DNA of 63,939 bases, the filler included, from Rhabdomonas costata (lineage: Eukaryota): NCBI GenBank assembly GCA_019059605.1. It is 54 parts of 54 records of this genome, joined end to end, with 100 filler letters (N's around TTAATTAATTAA, not from the genome) between each part and the next. Parts side by side here need not be neighbours in the genome. Positions count along the whole stretch, not along the records: positions 33,204 to 34,289 come from JAHMHO010029360.1; positions 34,390 to 35,475 come from JAHMHO010029361.1; positions 35,576 to 36,661 come from JAHMHO010029362.1; positions 36,762 to 37,847 come from JAHMHO010029363.1; positions 37,948 to 39,033 come from JAHMHO010029364.1; positions 39,134 to 40,226 come from JAHMHO010029365.1; positions 40,327 to 41,412 come from JAHMHO010029366.1; positions 41,513 to 42,598 come from JAHMHO010029367.1; 46 more parts are not named here. One strand, written 5' to 3'. Shown piece after piece: positions 33,375-45,934 of the stretch. Position 1 is the stretch's first letter; each line of letters opens with the position of its first letter. Below the pieces are notes generated by a model. It was not told the DNA's origin, did not search any database, and saw only the letters and a program-made list of their open reading frames with translations. The translations under genes and the position numbers were made by a program.

Positions 33375-34184
33375 CTAGAAACAAAAAAGCGATGGGAGAG
33401 CAAACACAAGGTTGCAGCTTCCATTTTCCGTGAAAGGTGCCTGGAGTTTTGGGGTTCCTGGACTTGAAAAGCCCGCGCCATCGGGCTGATGACGGTCACA
33501 GAGTAGGAAAGAAAAAACGGCTCATGTGAAGTGGTGCGTCAACCGGCGAGGGTTGCCCGGCACAATTGGTGCCCATCCAAAGAAACCGGTCCCATTTATT
33601 TAATTGTAAGCTAAGCAAACTCCTCTGGGATGTGAACGGAAGATCGGGAGAGAAGGCGATGCCCTTCCCTGGAAGACGCAGTTTCCTGTTGTTGGGAATG
33701 AATGGACACGCACACATATCTGAAACCCGGAATTGCAGTCAACAAGCAGTCAAAACCACTTGAAACCACCGCAAACCAGTTGAAATTAAGCTAAAGGCCA
33801 CAGTTAAAAGTCACCGCATCAGTCAAAACCACCACAAAACCAATCAAAACCACTCAAAACCACCGAATCAGCCCACTCCGAATCACATGCACCGCCAACC
33901 TAACTCCAAATCCCCCGATCGAGCATCGCCACCTAACCCCCTGTCATTTCTTCTGTTAGAATTTCCAAACATAATGCACAACTCATTTACGGCGGTCCTT
34001 TTTTTTTCCGGGTTTCCTATTGCGGGTCGTAAATACCGGGGGAGGGGGGCCGCGTTACGCAACTTTATCCCCACCCCCCACAATCATCCAGAAAAACGAT
34101 TCACGGAAACTTAAGCTCTTCGGTGCAGCCCCCAGAGATACAAAAAGACCACAAACGCAAAACAGTGCTGCTACTACAGCACAC

Positions 34185-34289
34185 CTGTATTCACGATCGA
34201 ATTCGCGGATGTAGTCGTCAGGGGTGTAGCCCCGCAGGCTCAGCGAGGGGGTGGGCATCGCAGCGAGGGCCACTCCCACCACCCACACC
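34185..34289 (-). CDS. Papain-family protease prodomain, upstream exon (end of signal peptide plus start of I29)
   Basis: VALAAMPTPSLSLRGYTPDDYIREFDREYS |gtgtgc; phase-2 junction AG|C matches exon 33269-33374 across an 810-nt GT-AG intron. Confidence 0.8.
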
Positions 34290-35575
34290 NNNNNNNNNNN
34301 NNNNNNNNNNNNNNNNNNNNNNNNNNNNNNNNNTTAATTAATTAANNNNNNNNNNNNNNNNNNNNNNNNNNNNNNNNNNNNNNNNNNNNTGGGGCTCTCA
34401 TTGGTGGTGCTTTTACTTTCTGTGGGAGTCGCATTTTTGAAACGAATGATGTGGTGAAAAACACTTTTCACCACATTCTGGCGAAATCTGATGGCGCAAA
34501 TTTGCAGACTATTGGTGGCGCATAGGGTGCACGTGTGGCTCGCAAGGGATCTCTGGGCAAAAGGAGGCTGTTGGTTCTTGGTGCTCACAACTTCTGGGAT
34601 GTGGAGGAGTTTATCTGGGCTTGTCTTGCAGCTTATGCACTTCCACAATATTCCACCAAAAAGGAAGACTGTGAAGTGGAACGCGACCGCACACACGCGA
34701 TATCATGTGTTTACGACCTCTACCATTATCTTCACATCTGCTGGTGCCTGGTGCCTCGTGTCATCCGCGGCTCTGGTCTGAGGTTCGGCTGTGATTCTGC
34801 TGTGGCACCTCCTGCGCAAAAAACAATTATAGGAGAAACGATACTAAAAAATTATAAAAGTGATCTTTTTGATTTATAGCGTTTTGCGGAATCACAAAAT
34901 TTCCAAAAACCTAATCAAAGTACCTCTCTGTAATTGGCGTTCAAGAACACCAAGGTGGTCAGGACAAAATCCCCATAAATATGCCTGGCACGTGGTGTGC
35001 AACCTTATTCTTCTTCCAAAACTCTAGAACTCGATTTGTATTTACTACTACCTACTTCCACGTGGCTTCCATCCATTGGTCTGGCTCTTTACATTGCATA
35101 ATTTCTTTCCTATTGCCACCCCTTCGGCTAGGCACCTGACCCACAAGGATAGAACCGCAGCTTCACATTATCAGGCAAGCCGTGGAAGCACCATGGAATG
35201 GGACCACCGAGCATCACCGCCGGCTTGGCTGCCGCAGTATCTGAAAAACCATTCCATGCCCCAGCGTAGGATGAGAAGCAGCACAGGTCATTGGCGCTGA
35301 AGAAACAGCCCCGACGCACCCTAAGGAGTGGGGAGGGAAAAAACAAAAGAATAGAGCAGAAGAAAAAATGATAACATTCCGTAATGTATGTTTTAGGTTT
35401 TCCATGTTGTTTTCTTTTCAATGGTTGGGGTGATCGTCTTGGAAGCATGACGCTGGGAAAATGCGCATTTTTTTTNNNNNNNNNNNNNNNNNNNNNNNNN
35501 NNNNNNNNNNNNNNNNNNNTTAATTAATTAANNNNNNNNNNNNNNNNNNNNNNNNNNNNNNNNNNNNNNNNNNNN

Positions 35576-35684
35576 CCGGCCTGCACAAGGGCCTCCGTCG
35601 TGCGCGGCATCTTGTGCAGCGCGGTGAGGTGGACAAGCGTGGAGCCCGTCTTGGGGTCCACCACGGCGTTGACCTCCACGGCCT
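35576..35684 (-). CDS. Ankyrin-repeat exon (truncated)
   Basis: ctcgcccag| AVEVNAVVDPKTGSTLVHLTALHKMPRTTEALVQA; GxTxxH ankyrin pattern. Confidence 0.6.
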
Positions 35685-37947
35685 CTGGGCGAGAGTGGGC
35701 CCCAGCAGAACAACAGCGGTGTCGTCATCGTGACCGTCCATCACGGCCACCACAAGGGGAACCCGCCCGGCACTGTTCTGTGGTAAGACACGCGCGCAAA
35801 AAGGCGACGGGGCAAGAAGCGGGCTGAATTGAGTTGAATGAGAGTGTCACGCCTGAGAGAAGTATGAGAAACCCGCGAGTATCCGAAAAGGGGCTCACCA
35901 TGAACGCAGTTGATGGCAAAAAGAGAATTCGTTGTTGGCACTTCGGCGTTCAGGTGGGCAGACGGTGCACAAGCCAACAGTTCCATTCTCTTGCAACAAC
36001 GCAAGCCGGAAAGCCCAGTGCAGGAAGCCCACTTCGGTGCCAGCATGAGATACTCCTGGGCTCTACACCATACGCTAAGCAGGCCTGGCCTAAAGTTTAG
36101 GCTCTCGGTATGCAGGGGTACTAAAATCCAAAAGGGCACCCAAAAAGGCCCAAGGACAGCTGCGGGAGCCAAAGTGGAACCGGAGAACCTGCAACGTGTA
36201 TCATAAACGCCCTGCAAAGGGTCCAAGAACGCACCCTTGCCACAAATGGAACCATCTCTCGACATAGAGAAGGAGTCCGAAGGCGGGAAGCGTCCCACCA
36301 ACCCATCTAGGGAGTGCTACCATACCACCAAATGGAAGCAACAATGTGTCACAAAAACTCTAGTGCTGAGGTCGATGTCAGGTCTCTGCTCTGGGCACAA
36401 CCGGTCCGGCAGTGACCATGGGTTATGTCACCCAGAAAATAGGGTGACGTCTTTCTAATATGGCAGCAGGTCCCTTCCTGCGGGGACAACCTTCTCAAAG
36501 GTTGGGACCCTCGACCACTCTCTCAACGTACAACTTAGTCAATGCTGCACCCCAAAACCGGTAAGCCCCCACGCAAAAGCCCAACACAGAACATAACAGC
36601 GTCGTGGGAATGCGAGAGCAAAGGGGGGGGGGGCTGACCTTGAGACTAGCATCCACGCCGGNNNNNNNNNNNNNNNNNNNNNNNNNNNNNNNNNNNNNNN
36701 NNNNNTTAATTAATTAANNNNNNNNNNNNNNNNNNNNNNNNNNNNNNNNNNNNNNNNNNNNGTGTGGTTTGTGTATTCTCTGGACCGGTTTTTCGGTCAG
36801 AGTGGTCCTTTTGTTGGATTAAGGTTTTGCAGCAGAACGAGGAGAAGCAGAGATTGCGGGTTGAGGACGCGAGGCCCCGGCCAGCAGAGGAGGATATTCC
36901 CAGGGACGAAGCAACAGAAGAGCAGCAAGCAGCAGCGAAGTTGCAGAAGAGAAGTTCAAAAGGGACGACAGTCAAAGAAAAGAGGAGCTCGGTAAGAAAT
37001 TGCCGAGGTCCAAAGACCAGAGGCAGAAGTGTTGCAAGAGTAAAGCGGCAGAGTTGCATTGGAAAAGAAGTTTTGCACAAGGGAGTTGCGCCGAAGAAAG
37101 AAGAATTCGTGAAAGCTCGAAGATTATGAGAAGAATGTCGCAAGTGTTGGAAATCAATGAAAGATGATTACTTTGAAAGAATAAAATTGACTGCATCGAA
37201 GGACGTTGTTTGTGAATTCTCTGGACCGGTTTTTCGGTCAGAGTGGTCCTTTGGATTAAGGTTTTGTTGCAGACGAGAGGAGATGGAAAGAGCGTGATCA
37301 AAGGGTTTGCTCTTTAATTTCCTGTGTTTGTGCTTCTGTTGGTTGTGCGTTGTAATTAGGTTGCAAGGTAGAAGCGCTGGGGCGAAAGAGCCGGCGCAAA
37401 ACCCAGAGGGATGTAGAGTGTGTGGATTGTAGCTGTTGCAGTTGTGGTTGTGAACGCTGCTGTGCTTGCACTGTTGCTGCGTAAGTGCTGCGTAGATCCC
37501 AGCCTGCTTGAAAGGCTTGCAAAGCACGTACCCCCTTCCCCTTCTGTTGGTTTCAAGAAGCCGAGCTAAAGAGAGAGAGATTGCCTCGCCGCCCCCTTTG
37601 CATAACGCACCCACGCATCCGAGGAAAGATCGAGCCTTGCACGCCTCCCCCCGTTGCCGCGGCAGACCGTACACTCACACCACTAACCGAGGGAGACCTC
37701 AGGTTCCCTCGCACGCCGGACTTCGGACGCAAGTCGAAGCTTTACCGTTCGTAAGAAAGTCACGCTCTTGGGGACACCCAATGTAAGCTGGAACAGCGCC
37801 CACTTTGCGAAAGCATAGTCGGGATACGGCTGCTGAACACCACAAACNNNNNNNNNNNNNNNNNNNNNNNNNNNNNNNNNNNNNNNNNNNNTTAATTAAT
37901 TAANNNNNNNNNNNNNNNNNNNNNNNNNNNNNNNNNNNNNNNNNNNN

Positions 37948-38635
37948 TGTGGTGTGGGCTTCCGGCTTCCCGCATTCACATCGGACACAGCGGACTCCCC
38001 AAAAGTGTGGGCGAGGCACCCTATCCCAGACGAGATGCTGCCGCCGAGGTCCACAGGTGGGCGGTGCTCAGCACCCGGCTCTGCTGAAGACCTCACGTCA
38101 TCCATCGAAGCAGCGCCATGAATGGAGCTGGCATTGCTGCTTCTGGCCTGAGTCCCCTTCGTTGAGGGGCTGGGGGCAGCGCTCGAGCCCCGCACGCGCT
38201 GAAGCACGTAATCCTCCATGCTAAAAAGAATCGCAACAATCGCCCTCCCCGTAGCAGGCCGCACCCACGAAAGGAGAACTTAACAACAACTTGCTCGCAG
38301 GTCTGACCTACATCTCAGATAAACACGAAATGATGCTTGATGTGGCTGCATTATAAGCTTCCTTCCCTTTCCAAACCCCCCAGCTGCTGAACTGACGTGT
38401 TTTTCTTGTGTGATACGGACAATTCGCCAAAAACATACCCTGTTGCCTGCTCCAGGTCAGATGTGGAAGTAACCCGAAAGCTATTGAGGACATCGACAGA
38501 TAGCAGCGGGAGGTCAGGTTTGGTGGTGTTTCGAAAGCTGTTGAGCATGTCCACCGCCGACGATGCAGGTTTGGAATTTCTCTCACCGTGCAGGTCTTCG
38601 TCTTCAGGAGGCACGACGACCAACTCATGGGGGGT
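37948..38635 (-). CDS. Two exons (38439-38635, 37948-38220) of a Ser-rich low-complexity protein
   Basis: cttttag|...ACAGG|gtatgt intron 38221-38438 ttttag|CATG, phase 2 matches; internal repeat VDMLNSFR / VDVLNSFR. Confidence 0.65.
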
Positions 38636-39842
38636 CTAAAAGAAGACAAAAATTCACCATTCACACAAAAGGCACTGCCAGCAAAACGCCCCAACAGACG
38701 AGGCACTCCAGGAAAGTCTTCCTCTTCTCTGACTTCCATTCTGAACTCTATTGCGGACAAACCAATTGGAAGAGAAAGACACCAGCGAACTCCTTCCAAA
38801 AAGTTCAGAAAAGAAAAGAAATTTCCTACACCGTTTGTGAAACTCGCGCTTCTTTCTTATATTTCGTCCCTTTCTCTCTCTCTCTAACTTACCCAAATAG
38901 CATCGGAAGAGGTACCATCATTGGAAAATCAAAAGCCAGCTGCCATCAAGTACTATCCCACACTTGCTTTGCCATGAAATCGCATTTTTTTATTTGGCAA
39001 ATCTCGCATCCAGGGCAAAGTAGCACACAAACCNNNNNNNNNNNNNNNNNNNNNNNNNNNNNNNNNNNNNNNNNNNNTTAATTAATTAANNNNNNNNNNN
39101 NNNNNNNNNNNNNNNNNNNNNNNNNNNNNNNNNTGGGCCGCTTCCCGGCCCCGGACTTCTTCTCTATGCCGACGTATGGCCCCATTTTGGGGTGTTTTGG
39201 AGCCCTTTTTGCCTTCACACAGGCTTAGAAGGGCCGTTTTTGGCCCTTTTGGTGAAAATGACCTAAATGGGCGAAAACAGGCAAAAATCGAGCATAAATG
39301 TGGCCCGGGCGTCATTGTCGATGGAAGTGGAGTGTTTTGGAAACGCTTCATGTTAGCCAATCATAATTGGGAGAAAACGGGAGCTGGCGAGCCTTTACCA
39401 GGGAGAGCGCGAATTATTGTCCACTTTAATCGCAGTGATGGCCCCCTTTTAAATTGAGTCTTGGCAAATGCTGGCTGCCCTTACTTTGGACAAGGCAATA
39501 TGAGCGCTATGAGTACTTTGAGTATTACTGCGTTTTCATACACCCAGCAAATCCCTGTGGTCCTCAATGCCGAGTTGGACGAGTGTCCAGCGACTTTAAT
39601 CCGAGTCCCCACTGCTTCCGTGCCCCTGGTGTCTTGTCTGTTCTGGAACGTCCGCGTTCTTTTTCCGCTTCTCTCCTCCCTCTGCTGTTCTTCTGTCGGG
39701 GCGTCCGCCCAGTCATTCTTCCTGTTGGTGTGGTTCCCGTTCTTTTGTTTTTGCTGTCGATCTGATGCTTCTTCCCCGGATCGCGGCGCTCTGTTAAACT
39801 GTGTGAATACCATTCCACTTCCCCAAATCCTTTCACCTCCCA

Positions 39843-39929
39843 ATGGACGCAGCTGCGGCGGAAGACGCCTCTGACCCCTCTGCGGTGATTGCCAGCGGCC
39901 CCGCCCTGAACCCCGTCGCGGGCCCCCAG
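39843..39929 (+). CDS. Possible first exon, hypothetical protein
   Basis: ATG after a pyrimidine-rich leader; MDAAAAEDASDPSAVIASGPALNPVAGPQ; CAG|gtcggt donor. Confidence 0.4.
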
Positions 39930-40028
39930 GTCGGTATTTTTTACTTGAAGTGCCTCGTCTGCATTTGTGGAAACATTTTGAATTCATTATTTTCAGTCAA
40001 GAGAGGACCGAGATGGGAGATTGGGATA

Positions 40029-40029
40029 G

Positions 40030-40079
<50 letters not shown>
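40029..40079. repeat. (GTT)17 microsatellite
   Basis: Perfect trinucleotide run. Confidence 0.95.
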
Positions 40080-40080
<1 letters not shown>

Positions 40081-40810
40081 TGTTTCGGCTTTTTTTATAT
40101 CCGTTCTTTTTTGCGGATATTGAATTTGATGCGAAAAGCGCAGCCACTTCTCTCTCCCTCCCACTCAGCTCGGTTACTCCTCTGAGTCTATCAGAGGTGG
40201 GCGCTAATTCGTGTAACACCACCACANNNNNNNNNNNNNNNNNNNNNNNNNNNNNNNNNNNNNNNNNNNNTTAATTAATTAANNNNNNNNNNNNNNNNNN
40301 NNNNNNNNNNNNNNNNNNNNNNNNNNTTGACCAACCCCCTCTCAAGACTGGGACACAGGTCACAGAGGGGGTTGGTCAACCAGGGCAATAACACAACACC
40401 TGCAGGGTGTATGGGAGGGTGCCTTATTCTCTCAGTCTTCAGTCATCATCTTAAGTCTCGACAGCTCGAGACTCTGGTCATTCTTTAGGCAACTTATGTC
40501 CCCAAGCAGACTCGTGCTAGGTCGGATGTTCCACAGGGAAAAACCTGGTCGGGGTGAGGCCTTAGAGTTTAGCTTCAGCCTAACGCCTACTCGAGACCAG
40601 AGTGATAAACTTGAATTTGGATTCGAGCCGACTTCGGTGCCTAACAGTATCCGTGCCAGAATATTTGCTATCACTGACAGCAACAATTACCAGAGGTTTG
40701 TTCTACTGAGCGGGCAAGAAAGCGGGACAAAAACCGGGATGCGGGAAGGGGGTGGGAGTGCCAGTGTTTACCCTTGCTACCCAGCTCAATGTGCGTGGGT
40801 GTGTTGGCAG

Positions 40811-40934
40811 GGCAGGACCTCGGTTCCTGGAGCTGTACAACCGGATCCGCTTTGGAGACGTCCAGGTCACCGAGGAGGAAGCCCACGAGCTCAACACCTC
40901 CTTTCTCATCCTGCTGCGCTCTATCGAGCCTTGA
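40811..40934 (+). CDS. Terminal exon, hypothetical protein
   Basis: ttggcag| AGPRFLELYNRIRFGDVQVTEEEAHELNTSFLILLRSIEP*; GC3-rich codons. Confidence 0.55.
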
Positions 40935-41512
40935 GCCGTGAAACCCCAACGCGTAAACAAACCCACCACGCAATTCTATCAAGACGGGCGGCGGCTGCCC
41001 CTGGAAGAGCTTTGCTGCAATGAAATGAGTGGTCCATGGGGACAAAGCGGAAAAACTACGGCGGATGGCGGAAGAGGGCGTGTGAACGGTACATGTATCC
41101 ACAACAGGTTTTGTCATTCCCCTCGTCTCGTTGCCGCTCATGGCAGCCTCCATGGCTGCTGCTGCGTCGTCCATTGTTAGACCATTTTTCTTTGGCTTGG
41201 TTAAGTTCAGTGATCCATCGGCAGTGCACAAGGGGAGTGATGTCGAAATGAGAGAAGTTGCCCTTTTGGTTCCAGTGGACGGGGTACCCTGTGACCATGG
41301 CGCTTGAGGTGTGTGAGCTCGATTTGGTATTTCTGATGTCCTGTGATTCGAAGCTGAGTTCGGAAAGGAAGAGTGAGCCTGGGAATGTCACAGGACATCA
41401 GAAATACTCAAANNNNNNNNNNNNNNNNNNNNNNNNNNNNNNNNNNNNNNNNNNNNTTAATTAATTAANNNNNNNNNNNNNNNNNNNNNNNNNNNNNNNN
41501 NNNNNNNNNNNN

Positions 41513-41628
41513 GTTTTTTCATCCAGCCAGGCAGGACCGCCGACCATTAAAATCCGCGCCACATCTCTGGGATAAAGGTAGCCCAGACAAATCCTCCACA
41601 GCTCAATCGGGATACGGTACACTTCCAT
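41513..41628 (-). CDS. Possible N-terminal F-box-like motif
   Basis: tacag|ttATG then MEVYRIPIELWRICLGYLYPRDVARI, similar to LPxELWxxIxxYLxxxD. Confidence 0.35.
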
Positions 41629-42704
41629 AACTGTATTCCTCTCACCAACCAGACGAAGAAACGGGACCTGCAGCAGAAGAGAAGGGTGAGCCTGAGTGAG
41701 CTGGTCACGGGGCAGCCACAGTAGCCCTGACAGATAGCTATGAAGAAACTCGAAAAGGTGGCATTCTACGAGCGCCCAATGGTAATCGGGATCACTGCAG
41801 CCCCGCCTAATTGGGGTGGTGGGTGGGTTCAGCCAATGTGACCCTCTCACAGAACTGCAGGGATCCTTTCACGAGCAACTTCACAAGAGAGCGCACACCG
41901 TGATGAGACCACATTCACACCCCCAGTCCGAAGTCCAACAGGAACTTTCCTGAATAGCAAAAGCTTAAGCAAAAAAGCAGCTGCTGGCACACCGGCGTAC
42001 AGGTCGGCGGACGGTATGCCAGCCTACAGTTCTTTCTCTAATCAGAATGCAGGCCTGCAAAAGGGCCCTTGCAAGCCTGTGAAAAGGCAGAAAGGACCCC
42101 AAACCCCAAAATGGTCCTTAAATGGCCAGCATGAAGTACTCCTGGGCTCTGCTCTTGGGAATGCTAAGGAGGCCCGGCTGAAAACTTAGGCTCAGTATGC
42201 AGGCCTGCAAAGGTCCGAAAAGTGCACCCCGGGCCCTTGAAATTTTTTGAAAGTCGAAAATGCCCTCGAAAGGGCCAAAATGGGTCCCCTTCAAATCATT
42301 CCTTTCAAGTTATGAAGTGTTACGCAACAACAGGGACAAAGATGACTGTATCCCTGGCAATCCTGACAGCCAACGAGCTTGACCGCATCGTTCAACACGG
42401 TTAAACTCAAACTGTCCCTCCTAACACAAAACCATTGAAAAACTCACCACGATGCACAACACTCACCCCATTGTTGACAACACCAAAACAGAGGCTGGGA
42501 ATTAGATGATGGGATATAGGCCAAAACAAAGCAGAAAAGGGATGCGGAAAACAACACAGTTGCAAAGCAAACGTAGCGGACAGATATTACAAGCCACCNN
42601 NNNNNNNNNNNNNNNNNNNNNNNNNNNNNNNNNNNNNNNNNNTTAATTAATTAANNNNNNNNNNNNNNNNNNNNNNNNNNNNNNNNNNNNNNNNNNNNTG
42701 CGGT

Positions 42705-42975
42705 GGGTTATTCACTCAAAGAAATTCAGCATGCTGACCTGTACACGCTGCACTGGAATAGAGCGATCGTGTATCAGGTTTATTTTGCCTCTAACCGTGC
42801 ATCGCCTTCTGATTCTCTGTGGGACCTGGAACCTTTCTGAGAAAATATTTCAAAGACATCACTGATTGCCACCGCTCCCCGTTAAGGAGATGCGTAATAT
42901 ACGTGATACACGATCGCTCTATTCCAGTGCAGCGTGTACAGGTCAGCATGCTGAATTTCTTTGAGTGAATAACCC
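42705..42975. repeat. Perfect 72-bp inverted repeat at a contig start (probable fold-back chimera)
   Basis: 42705-42776 is the exact reverse complement of 42904-42975. Confidence 0.9.
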
Positions 42976-44155
42976 TCCTTCATCCTTCATACTACACGAA
43001 CCGTGTCCGTGTGCCTCAAGTTACACGCATGTGAGGAAATCCTGCGATACCGGTTCTCTTCTCCGTGTTGATATCATGCTATGATATCATTTTATGCTTC
43101 TTCCGGAACAATTCAGTAACGTACAGTAACCTAAAGCCCAAAACCGAATGATTTTCTCCACGAGTCTCAATTTCCGCTTTCTCAGAGCCTCGATCTCGCG
43201 CTGAAGGAATTGACCACCACTCCGATGGGCTCCTTTTTCTCTACACTACGCGACAGCAGAACTTTCCAGACCCTGGTCTCCCTTCGCCCGACCTCCCTCC
43301 TTCCTACGACTTGATTCCTATCTTTCTTTGCCCTTTTCAGCGGCAAAGTGGAGTGCAGTGGATTTGTCTTCGTCCCCAGCCTCGAGTTCGGCCTGAAATC
43401 CACAGCCCGGACCCAAAAATCTCATGCACATCCACCTCCAAAACCCAGAATTGTTTCTAATCTTTTTTTACTCGTCCACAGCGCTTCGTCTTCCTCCCCC
43501 GCTCCCTAGCCTTCTCTGCAGGTGGTTGATATTCTTGTTCTCGAGGTAAAGCATCAAATAGTCAAAGTTTCGCAACAAGCACGCTCTTTAGGGAACCCCA
43601 CTGACTCGAATTAAATCGACTTGAATTAAAAATTCTGATTCAATTTAGGGCAAACGATTTATGGGGACCCCTGCAGAAAGGTGTTTTTTGTCAGTTTCCT
43701 TCGCTTGCGTCACTTAAAACAGAAATGCAAAACCAATTCTTGATTCTTGTAAAAACAAACTCATTGATATATTCGTATTATGGATNNNNNNNNNNNNNNN
43801 NNNNNNNNNNNNNNNNNNNNNNNNNNNNNTTAATTAATTAANNNNNNNNNNNNNNNNNNNNNNNNNNNNNNNNNNNNNNNNNNNNCGCAGTCTCACGTAG
43901 TACCGCAAGTGTGTGCACGTCCGCATGTGCATGCGCCCCTTCTGTGTTTCCATTACGTGGTGGCAACACTCGAGCCTCCCAAAGAAAACCATGTTCTGGT
44001 TTGCAGAACTCCAAAATAACCATCACAGGCTCCCCGGCTATTTTTTCTTTCCGCGGAAGTATTGGCAATGGGCCATGGGGGCAGTGCTAGTCATTCAATA
44101 CTGAGTTCGCAGAATCCCTGGCCTGTGGTAGGGGGGGTGGGGCATGTGCACCCAG

Positions 44156-44856
44156 GTACATGCCCGAGGCGCTGTTCACGAGGGACGAAGCCGAGGAGGA
44201 AGGAGAGGGGCAGGAGGCCGTGGAGTCCCCCAAGGCGGTACCCGGCTTGCCCGAATGTCCCAGCCGCGATAACTCCTGTTCCGGGGACGGCCTTGTGGTT
44301 GAGCCAGATCCTGCCCTCCGAAAGCATAGCCACTGTTCCCGAGGAGCTCATGGCAAGGCCCGTGCTTTCTCTGCGCTTTTCTAGAAAATTACCACCTGCT
44401 TTCACGCGAAATTAAACTGAGAATTTTGGCCTTTGGGCTTTGGGGGGAAAACTTGGGGAAACAACAACACTGCGAGCGAGCATTTTGCAGAGCCCCCATT
44501 TCAGTTTCAGTTACCATTTTTTGACCTGTTGTTCTCGCCATTTAGTCCGAAATGCACTTTATCGAGCAGCTCTCAAGTCTAACAAATAGAATAATCTTGG
44601 CGTATGTATTTTTTCATGCATTTTGGATGTGCAAGTCGGTCTGGGAGGGTGTGGATTTGTCCTCAGAGGGGCCTGGGCTGTGGTTCAGGGAACCGTCACA
44701 CCGAGGCGGAAGCTGAGCCACGCCCCCTCGAAGAACAGCAGTTCCCGTCATTCCGCAGAGGTTGGGCCACCCGCCGAGACCTCCGCGAGGCGCCTGGCCA
44801 CGGTGGCCTCGTTTGACCTCACGGGCTTTGAGATGTTGGCGCCCACCCCAGAGCTG
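44156..44856 (+). CDS. Class III adenylate/guanylate cyclase-like protein, two exons (about 44156-44361 and 44669-44856)
   Basis: YMPEALF (pre-cyclase Y[LM]P motif), low-complexity linker, then RRLATVASFDLTGFEML (first cyclase strand, like TVxFxDIxGFT); inner junctions approximate. Confidence 0.55.
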
Positions 44857-45242
44857 GTGCGCGCCTATGTCTGATGTCTGCTTTGGAAGTCGCTGTTGTT
44901 GTGCTTGCTCATCCGCTTTACTGAACTGACGTGTACCTTTTTCATCGCTTTATCTGTCCCCCCAACCCTACNNNNNNNNNNNNNNNNNNNNNNNNNNNNN
45001 NNNNNNNNNNNNNNNTTAATTAATTAANNNNNNNNNNNNNNNNNNNNNNNNNNNNNNNNNNNNNNNNNNNNCAATGGTTCGGAGACTGGGGAAGCTCTCG
45101 CTATATAATTTTGAGGGCAAAGCCGAAGCAGGCCGGGGTCTTTTGTGAACCGTTGAAATAAAAAAGCAAATGGTAGAGCATGACTTGCCACGGACAGTGT
45201 TTGAATCATTCCATTGACCTCTCGCGAAGCCGGGCGACACAC

Positions 45243-45380
45243 CGGATGTACATGTTCTTTTGCTCCGAGGAGGGAATCAGCTCAAGTTCCATGTGAAAGT
45301 CCACAATGCGATCCTGGGCCAGTAGCCGAAGGAGGTTAAGACCAGTGATCAGCCACCTCCGCTCGCTTGGCATCACATCC
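45243..45380 (-). CDS. RPN12: 26S proteasome subunit RPN12, downstream exon
   Basis: ctgtcag| DVMPSERRWLITGLNLLRLLAQDRIVDFHMELELIPSSEQKNMYI |gtgtgt. Confidence 0.92.
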
Positions 45381-45808
45381 CTGACAGATTGCGACAACAA
45401 AAACAACCCGCCACACTTGTCCCCAATAATACGTCAACAGCAGTCTGATAATTGTGGCAAGGGCAGTAAAGGTTTATCATTGTAATGCCTCGACTTCCAA
45501 CGTGCACAGCGTTGCAATTCCACAAGTTTCCCATTATTACATCACCGATTACCGAGTGCGTGGTCGTTAAGTTGGTGACATGACGCAAAAAAGAGCACCT
45601 TTACCGTAAAAAGAAACCTTTACCATTCAGTTCAGGGGCAAACTGGTGCAATAAACCGCGAATAGCCGACCCAGCACTTGGCGCACTTCGCCCCATACTG
45701 CACCCCTGAGGGTGCGAATTCGAATCAACGGACAAAGCATCAGTCGCATCAGAGCCAGATGCAGGTGAATCACCTACCAACACGACAAGACAACCCACAC
45801 CCCAGCAC

Positions 45809-45934
45809 CCGTAGTCCTGGTAAAAAATCTTCAGGTGCGCCATGTTCTGCTCGAAGGCAGTCAAGTTCAACTCTTTCGCGTTGAGCATAACGGCGTACTC
45901 CAGCGTCTGCCGGGCCAAAACAACCTCTTTCGAC
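45809..45934 (-). CDS. RPN12: 26S proteasome subunit RPN12, upstream exon
   Basis: gcacag| SKEVVLARQTLEYAVMLNAKELNLTAFEQNMAHLKIFYQDYG |gtgctg; phase 2 matches across a 428-nt intron. Confidence 0.92.

Noticed and set aside
33470-33510. Other CTGANGA hits as hammerheads (33486, 3860, and minus strand near 34215 and 38605)
   Set aside because: No convincing stem II plus GAAA and no NUH with stem I; the two minus-strand hits lie in coding exons
39941-40274. Poly-Val and poly-Thr ORFs
   Set aside because: Translations of the (GTT)17 microsatellite downstream of a donor site
41900-41955. C/D box snoRNA candidates (GTGATGA...CTGA here and near 29778)
   Set aside because: Short, terminal stem absent or weak, and no recognisable rRNA antisense element
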